From assembly GCA_013306035.1 (NCBI GenBank), contig JABUBF010000011.1, positions 30,217 through 37,964 of the forward strand: a stretch of 7,748 nt of DNA, written 5' to 3'. This document shows, piece after piece, positions 1 to 4,256 of the stretch (position 1 is its first letter; each line of letters starts with the position of its first letter). The notes under the pieces were generated by a model. The model saw nothing but the letters and a program-made list of their open reading frames with translations, was not told where the DNA came from and did not search any database. The stretch comes from Nitrososphaerota archaeon (GTDB taxonomy: Archaea > Thermoproteota > Nitrososphaeria > Nitrososphaerales > UBA57). The translations under genes and the position numbers were made by a program.

Positions 1-124
1 AGAAACTATTTGAGTAATGTTCTGGTAATGTTTTAAAATTTATAGATATAACTTCTGCTATATCTTTGGACGTAGCAAACCTTATTTTTATGTTATTTTT
101 TGCATTTAGCACTATCTTCTGCAA
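1..124 (-). CDS. GNAT-family N-acetyltransferase, RimI/Ard1-like (first 41 codons only; gene runs off the left edge)
   Basis: Not in the supplied ORF track (partial and short). The minus-strand frame is open from TTG at 124 (alternative GTG at 112) to the window edge, and an in-frame TAA at 133-131 closes it upstream. Translation: (M)QKIVLNAKNNIKIRFATSKDIAEVISINFKTLPEHYSNSF. The pattern IRxAxxxDIxxVxxINxxxLPExY is the typical N-terminus of N-alpha-acetyltransferases. It starts 25 nt after the stop of the upstream same-strand gene. Confidence 0.5.
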   Translation of the reverse strand, partial: MQKIVLNAKNNIKIRFATSKDIAEVISINFKTLPEHYSNSF

Positions 125-149
125 TATTAATTATTCTCCCTTGTTCAAT

Positions 150-1292
150 TTAAACTGTTTTACCAGATCCTACTTTCATAATCATGTTATTTGCATGTGG
201 AATTATTGCAATTTCTACTCTTTTTCCTTTTCTCCTAATCGTTGAATTTAATGCACTATTTACAGTATTAAATGGGCGAAATTTGAATCTTTTTTCAATA
301 TAGTGATGTGGTATCGTCGAAATAATATCTATTGAATATTCTTGATTAATCTTTTCTAAAAATATTAGATTTTCTAATCCCTCAAAGTATTCATTATTAC
401 TAATTAAATTCTTTATATTTATTTGATTCATTGCATACTTATCTAGTCCATCTGAACCAAAACCATCTAAAGATTCTGATACTAGTGTGATGTTTCCCTT
501 TTTCTCAATTGAATTATATAAATTCCAAATTCCATTTAATGAATCATTTAGAGTATTTTTCTTATTATAATCACAACTTATAATACAACTTTCAAATTTA
601 TTCTCAATATGTCTGATATTGTTAGTTAATACTTTAGAAGAATTTACATAAGAATCATATAATTTACCTACCACACAATTACTTATTCCATCTGCATCTT
701 CAATTATCTGTACTGAAATTATATTGCTATATCCCTCATATTTTTTTTGTACTATCTTACTTCTATTCGTGATAATTCCAGATTCAGGATAAATAATTTC
801 TTTGTCATAGAATGCATCTTTTATTATAGGATCTTTCAATATCCTTGCTAATGATATGGCGCCTCCATTGAATCCAAATAAGGAATCGAACGACGCATTT
901 GATAATAAAATAACTTGATTATCATTGATTATTTCCTTTATTTCATCAATTGATAATTTTTCTATAATCTTGATATTATGTTGAAATTCTTTATCTTTTA
1001 ATAGATTTTCAATATTTTTCTTATGATTTTTTCTAATAATTATTTCTATTTGATTAGTCCTTTTCGAATTCTTTATTATTTCTATTAACATCTCAATTAC
1101 TGAAATTGAACCTATTGAATTACATATGTCAAATATTGTGACTTTTTCATTCAAATTATTTAATATTTGATTATTCTCTAAAATAGTATCATCGAATTCA
1201 GTTTTTTCATTTTTAAATATACCTGATAAATTATTTGAATCTATATCTACTGATATTTCTACATCTCCATATGGAATCCATATTTCAGGCAA
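150..1292 (-). CDS. LarA-fold (lactate racemase N-terminal domain / DUF2088-like) protein, probably not a canonical nickel-pincer racemase
   Basis: 380-aa ORF. N-terminus IWIPYGDVEISVDIDSNNLSGIF matches the LarA start (IDLPYDKRTITAQIDDENYAGKL, from memory). Central LLSNASFDSLFGFNGGAISLARIL matches LLISEGFIESHFFAGFSGGRKSVLPGI. C-terminal IAIIPHANNMIMKV matches VTVIPDGLGVIVK. The only usable start is TTG at 1292: in-frame TAA lies at 1304-1302 and the next ATG is codon 68. Confidence 0.7.
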   Translation of the reverse strand: MPEIWIPYGDVEISVDIDSNNLSGIFKNEKTEFDDTILENNQILNNLNEKVTIFDICNSIGSISVIEMLIEIIKNSKRTNQIEIIIRKNHKKNIENLLKDKEFQHNIKIIEKLSIDEIKEIINDNQVILLSNASFDSLFGFNGGAISLARILKDPIIKDAFYDKEIIYPESGIITNRSKIVQKKYEGYSNIISVQIIEDADGISNCVVGKLYDSYVNSSKVLTNNIRHIENKFESCIISCDYNKKNTLNDSLNGIWNLYNSIEKKGNITLVSESLDGFGSDGLDKYAMNQINIKNLISNNEYFEGLENLIFLEKINQEYSIDIISTIPHHYIEKRFKFRPFNTVNSALNSTIRRKGKRVEIAIIPHANNMIMKVGSGKTV

Positions 1293-1371
1293 CTTGGTTT
1301 TTTATTATATTGATTTCATTATAAAGGCTTTTAATATGTAATATTACAGTTGATATTGGCGTTATTCTCTT
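1293..1371. promoter_or_regulatory. Divergent promoter spacer with TATA-like boxes for both flanking genes
   Basis: 79-nt spacer between divergent starts. TTTATAA (minus sense, 1325-1319) is centred about 30 nt upstream of the 1292 start. GTAATATTA (plus, 1338-1346) is centred about 30 nt upstream of the 1372 start. TATA-like words are common by chance in sequence this AT-rich. Confidence 0.35.
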
Positions 1372-1983
1372 TTGATAAATGATGACAAAATAACTGAATT
1401 AGTAGACGCATTGAATATTTGTCAATCATTTAAATTTGGTACATATACGCTGAGCAGTGGAAAATCCAGTTCATATTATCTCGATCTTCGATTAATTCAG
1501 AGTTATCCTGAATATTATAAAATTATTATTGATTCTTATATAAATTTGATAAAAAATATTGGTGTTGATTCATTTGATTATATATGTGGCATTGCAACTG
1601 CGGGTTTAATTTTTTCTGTTCCTGTATCTATTTCTTTAGGCAAACCCCATGTATATATTCGCAAATCAAAAAAGAACTATGGCCGGGAACAAAACCTTGA
1701 GGGAAATCTCAAAGCTAATTCGCGTGTATTACTGATTGACGATATATTTACTACTGGTTCATCTTTAATTGATGGATTTAATGTAATTCATGATTCAGGT
1801 GGAAAAGTCTCTTCTGCAGTAGTTCTTATTGATAGATTGGAAACATCTCATTCAATTTTTAATTCTATAAATATGAAACTGTCTAGTGTCGCAAATATTA
1901 TTGACATTGCAAATGTTCTCTTCTCGAAATCTATAATTGATGATAAACAAAAAAATATTATCCTATCTAATGTTATTGATTAA
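1372..1983 (+). CDS. pyrE: Orotate phosphoribosyltransferase
   Basis: 203 aa. N-terminal FKFGTYTLSSGKSSSYYLDLR is the OPRTase signature region (FGxFxLxSGxxSxYYxD). VLLIDDIFTTGSS is the type-I PRTase PRPP-binding loop. TTG at 1372 is the only start available: in-frame TGA lies at 1351-1353 and there is no ATG near the N-terminus. Confidence 0.9.
   Translation: MINDDKITELVDALNICQSFKFGTYTLSSGKSSSYYLDLRLIQSYPEYYKIIIDSYINLIKNIGVDSFDYICGIATAGLIFSVPVSISLGKPHVYIRKSKKNYGREQNLEGNLKANSRVLLIDDIFTTGSSLIDGFNVIHDSGGKVSSAVVLIDRLETSHSIFNSINMKLSSVANIIDIANVLFSKSIIDDKQKNIILSNVID
1949..1955 (-). terminator. Oligo-T(7) tract on the minus-sense strand, candidate tbp terminator embedded in the pyrE coding sequence
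   Basis: A7 on the plus strand (pyrE codons KQKN) reads as T7 on the tbp sense strand, 25-31 nt past the tbp stop. Archaeal RNAP terminates at oligo-T runs. Confidence 0.3.
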
Positions 1984-2537
1984 TACAACATTAAATTCTT
2001 CTTTTCTAATAAATTATGAAGATTATTTACTGCATTTTTGACCTGTGACTCTATTTTTGCTCCAGTACATACTAATTTTCCACTTGAAAATATCAAGATT
2101 ACTGTTTTTGGTTTTTTCATTCTATAAATTAACCCAGGAAATTGTTCGGGTTCATACATAGAATTTGATAATTGCCTCGCTGCTTCCTCTAAATCTATTT
2201 TTCCACCCAAGTCTACTGAAGCTACTATGTTTTGAATAGTGATTATTGCACTCTTTTCAATTTTAATTTCATTTTCTTTAAGGTTGGATACTACGGAATT
2301 TATAGCAATTTTAGCCATCTTTTCAGATTTACCGCCTGTGCAAACCATTTTTCCAGAACTAAATATCAATATTGCAGTTTTTGGATCCTTTATTCTAAAA
2401 ACTAATCCAGGAAATTGCTTTGGATGATATTCTACATGTGTAAATTTTTTGGTTATTTCAATTAAATCTATCTGTTGATTAATTGTTGCAGATGCCACTA
2501 CATTTTCAATTTTAATTTTTGGTATTGTTTCTGCCAT
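1980..2537 (-). CDS. tbp: TATA-box-binding protein (TBP)
   Basis: Two direct TBP repeats are present. Repeat 1: IENVVAS...QFPGLVFRIKDPKTAILIFSSGKMVCTGGKS. Repeat 2: IQNIVASVDLGG...EQFPGLIYRMKKPKTVILIFSSGKLVCTGAKI. The track starts at TTG 2552 (MNYRIM...). I prefer ATG 2537 (MAETIPKIKIEN...) because a TATA-like CTTAAATAG (2574-2566) would sit only about 18 nt from 2552 but about 33 nt from 2537. Confidence 0.93.
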   Translation of the reverse strand: MAETIPKIKIENVVASATINQQIDLIEITKKFTHVEYHPKQFPGLVFRIKDPKTAILIFSSGKMVCTGGKSEKMAKIAINSVVSNLKENEIKIEKSAIITIQNIVASVDLGGKIDLEEAARQLSNSMYEPEQFPGLIYRMKKPKTVILIFSSGKLVCTGAKIESQVKNAVNNLHNLLEKKNLMLY

Positions 2538-2565
2538 AATTCTATAATTCAAAAATCAAATCAAT

Positions 2566-2574
2566 CTATTTAAG
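2566..2574 (-). promoter_or_regulatory. TATA-box candidate for tbp
   Basis: CTTAAATAG on the minus sense strand, centred about 33 nt upstream of ATG 2537. This implies a very short or absent 5' leader. Confidence 0.4.
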
Positions 2575-2610
2575 TTTAATAATTTTGGATTAATAATATT
2601 TGATTTAATA

Positions 2611-3108
2611 TTATTTTTTCTTTACTTCATTTGTCAATAAAATTAATACAACAAAAAATATAATGTAATAATTAACTGGAGGTGATAACCATATGGTTAT
2701 TTTCCCTATTGATGGGACTGATGTAATCACTGTTCCAATATAATCCTTTTCAAGAATTGTCCATCCATCAACTTTTGGATTATTATCTCCTTTAGTTTTA
2801 ATTTCTATTCCTTTCTCTCCTTCTTCATCTATTGAATTAACTCTATGCACAATTACTCTTTTTGAATCGGTAGGTAATGTAAATACAATTACATCTCCTA
2901 CTTCTAATTCATCATAATGATTTCTTCCATTTACAATTATTATATCTCCAACTTGTAATACTGGTTTCATACTTCCACTACTTACAACAAAGAATGGTGT
3001 ATCATTTTGAATTATTGTAGTTGCTCCAATCCAAATTCCTCCAATTACTAATATAAATAATATTAGTGGCAAAATATCTTTAACTAAATTTTTTATTATT
3101 ACTTGCAT
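2611..3108 (-). CDS. Signal peptidase I, archaeal/ER type (S26B, SipW/Sec11-like)
   Basis: N-terminal TM segment, then SSGSMKPVLQVGDIIIV (nucleophile Ser box), VIVHRV (general-base His instead of the bacterial Lys), KGDNNPKVDG (GDNN box), and a C-terminal TM anchor (YYIIFFVVLILL). The track starts at TTG 3117. ATG 3108 (MQVIIKN...) fits better with the TATA-like box at 3130-3139. Confidence 0.9.
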   Translation of the reverse strand: MQVIIKNLVKDILPLILFILVIGGIWIGATTIIQNDTPFFVVSSGSMKPVLQVGDIIIVNGRNHYDELEVGDVIVFTLPTDSKRVIVHRVNSIDEEGEKGIEIKTKGDNNPKVDGWTILEKDYIGTVITSVPSIGKITIWLSPPVNYYIIFFVVLILLTNEVKKK

Positions 3109-3129
3109 TTTAATCAAATGTATATTTTT

Positions 3130-3139
3130 TAATATATAT
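3130..3139 (-). promoter_or_regulatory. TATA-box candidate for the signal peptidase gene
   Basis: ATATATATTA on the minus sense strand, centred about 27 nt upstream of ATG 3108, inside the 33-nt gap after the upstream gene. Confidence 0.3.
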
Positions 3140-3141
3140 TC

Positions 3142-3381
3142 TTACCATAGAGCATCTGATTTTTGATCATTGTTTTCTGATAATTCAATTCTTTTTGAAT
3201 TTTTACCCATCCATCTTACTGATATTAAATTTAATATTTCTAAATGCAATAATACTTTGTTTATATCATTTTTATTCGTCTCTATGTTTTGCTTTTTCAG
3301 TAATTTTATTAATTCTACATCCGTTGTATTCTTTTCAGATTTGATTAAATCATAAATTACATTCTTTAATGGTAGAACCAT
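3142..3381 (-). CDS. Small hypothetical protein, winged-helix-like by sequence pattern
   Basis: 79-aa ORF with an ATG start. Helix-helix-helix-hairpin pattern: NVIYDLIKSEK / TDVELIKLLKK / NDINKVLLHLEILNLISV / RWMGKNSKRIEL. It is followed by a polar/acidic tail ending in DALW. No family recognised. Coding is supported by length, strand context and the TATA-like box upstream. Confidence 0.55.
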   Translation of the reverse strand: MVLPLKNVIYDLIKSEKNTTDVELIKLLKKQNIETNKNDINKVLLHLEILNLISVRWMGKNSKRIELSENNDQKSDALW

Positions 3382-3400
3382 GTCTGTTTATTATATTTTT

Positions 3401-3410
3401 AATATTTAAA
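3401..3410 (-). promoter_or_regulatory. TATA-box candidate for the 79-aa gene
   Basis: TTTAAATATT on the minus sense strand, centred about 25 nt upstream of ATG 3381. A second TATAAAT lies at 3420-3414. Confidence 0.3.
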
Positions 3411-3430
3411 CCGATTTATACCTAATTTGA

Positions 3431-3808
3431 TTAAATTGTATCTTTTTTTGCATCTATTATGGCATTATTTTTTATGTATTCTCTAATACTATTATAATTA
3501 TTTATATAATTATTAATTAACTTCTTTATTTCTGCAAATAGATTTACTTTATCACTTTTTGAATTATAATTATAACTAGTCAATTTCTCATTAAGATTTA
3601 TTCTGATATCATTCTGATTATTAATCATATTAGATAATTCTGAATTATTAATTCCTACATCCGAATATCCTTTATCTATTTCTTTTTCAATTAATTCTAA
3701 TTCCTTTAATATCTCAACAAATTCAGGAAAATTATTTGGATGCGCATAGTCTTTAACAACTGATATCACACTGCGATCTAATTCATGTAGAAATCTCAAA
3801 TCTTGCAT
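3431..3808 (-). CDS. Hypothetical protein, predicted all-helical, Asn/Ile/Lys-rich
   Basis: 125-aa ORF with an ATG start, on the same strand as its neighbours. No recognisable motif. The N-terminal half (LRFLHELDRSVISVVKDYAHPNNFPEFVEILKELELIEKEI) looks like real protein rather than low-complexity shadow. Confidence 0.5.
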   Translation of the reverse strand: MQDLRFLHELDRSVISVVKDYAHPNNFPEFVEILKELELIEKEIDKGYSDVGINNSELSNMINNQNDIRINLNEKLTSYNYNSKSDKVNLFAEIKKLINNYINNYNSIREYIKNNAIIDAKKDTI

Positions 3809-3882
3809 ATCTTCATTAATACATACTATAACTAATCTTTTACTATGTGTGTTGTGAAATACCTAAATAATTTGATAAAATT

Positions 3883-3892
3883 TTTGTAAAAT
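3883..3892 (+). promoter_or_regulatory. TATA-like element upstream of the small basic protein gene
   Basis: TGTAAAATTA abuts the palindrome at 3892-3913. Alternative TATA-like words are at 3862-3870 (CTAAATAAT) and 3873-3880 (GATAAAAT). I cannot choose between them from sequence. Confidence 0.2.
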
Positions 3893-3913
3893 TAGGTTAG
3901 TTTAACTAACCTA
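3892..3913. repeat. Perfect inverted repeat TAGGTTAGTT-tt-AACTAACCTA (10-bp arms, 2-nt spacer)
   Basis: Verified base by base: 3892-3901 is the reverse complement of 3904-3913. It lies in the 161-nt divergent spacer, 57 nt upstream of ATG 3970. The repeat is certain. Its function (operator or RNA hairpin) is inferred. Confidence 0.85.
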
Positions 3914-3969
3914 GATGTTGAATATTCTTCACTTAACTCGAATTAAACCTAAACTTCCATTTCAATAAT

Positions 3970-4167
3970 ATGGGTATTATGGGAATATTAAAATCCAATT
4001 CCAACAATAATGCAGGAAATAGCCCAGAATTGAACTTCTATGATGTCAAAGGACGTCAGAAATTTAATTCTACTAAATATAGCATTGTTGTAAAAAGTGG
4101 ACGCAGATTTGCAGTGTCAAAAGCTCCATCAGGAATAGATGCATATAGAATAATCGGTAAAGCATAA
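3970..4167 (+). CDS. Small basic protein, DUF5679-like (zinc-ribbon-like) core without cysteines
   Basis: 65 aa, 11 K/R against 3 D/E, no Cys. The core FYDVKGRQKF...VKSGRRFAVSKAPSGIDAYRIIGKA resembles the DUF5679 pattern as I remember it (YCxKC[KR]...KNGR...CPxCGxKx[FY]RIxGK). Two hairpin/oligo-T terminators follow. The start could be M1 or M4. Confidence 0.65.
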   Translation: MGIMGILKSNSNNNAGNSPELNFYDVKGRQKFNSTKYSIVVKSGRRFAVSKAPSGIDAYRIIGKA

Positions 4168-4182
4168 ATTTTTAATGAAAAT

Positions 4183-4201
4183 AACGCGGTAATGCGTTTT
4201 T
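4183..4201 (+). terminator. Short hairpin plus T5, candidate terminator of the small basic protein gene
   Basis: AACGC (4183-4187), loop GGTAAT, GCGTT (4194-4198), running into TTTTT (4197-4201), 16 nt after the stop codon. Confidence 0.4.
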
Positions 4202-4222
4202 ATTAAAATTATGTAATAACAG

Positions 4223-4256
4223 AGTTATGGCAAAAGGCCATAACTTCTTTTTTTTT
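4223..4256. terminator. 9-bp GC-containing hairpin plus T9, likely bidirectional terminator between convergent genes
   Basis: AGTTATGGC (4223-4231), loop AAAAG, GCCATAACT (4237-4245), then TC plus T9 (4248-4256). The T9 tract overlaps the argS stop codon (4255-4257). The same stem forms on the argS transcript. Confidence 0.6.

Noticed and set aside
2239-2427. 62-aa plus-strand ORF antisense to tbp
   Set aside because: It lies entirely inside a confidently identified gene on the other strand. The product is Phe/Leu/Ile/Ser-rich, as expected when translating the complement of Lys/Asn/Glu/Ile-rich AT-biased coding sequence. It is a shadow ORF.
2553-2606. 9-bp inverted repeat AAATCAAAT (2553-2561) / ATTTGATTT (2598-2606) flanking the tbp promoter region
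   Set aside because: Both arms are almost pure A/T in a spacer that is nearly all A/T. Matches of this length are expected by chance, and the ~36-nt loop makes a weak hairpin.
3170-3355. 61-aa plus-strand ORF antisense to the 79-aa gene
   Set aside because: The composition is shadow-like (F/L/I/S-rich) with no motif. The minus-strand reading has an ATG start, a TATA-like box and operon context. Neither reading can be proven, but the minus-strand call is the better supported.
3142-3808. The 125-aa/79-aa pair as a toxin-antitoxin module
   Set aside because: The only resemblance is small adjacent genes, one with a winged-helix-like pattern. There is no recognisable toxin fold or motif (PIN, RelE, HEPN, etc.), and the genes are separated by 49 nt that contain their own TATA-like box.
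3915-3968. 17-codon upstream ORF (MLNILHLTRIKPKLPFQ) starting 1 nt after the palindrome and ending TAA-T-ATG at the start of the small basic protein gene
   Set aside because: The geometry is suggestive (possible termination-reinitiation, and about 25 nt downstream of a TATA-like word). But a 17-codon ORF arises easily by chance, and there is no conservation or motif evidence. It is worth a look only if TSS mapping puts the 5' end near 3915.
3809-4254. Possible C/D-box sRNA or other small RNA in the two longest spacers (3809-3969 and 4168-4254)
   Set aside because: There is no RUGAUGA C box paired with a CUGA D box on either strand. There is no GC-rich structured island beyond the short terminator-type stems.
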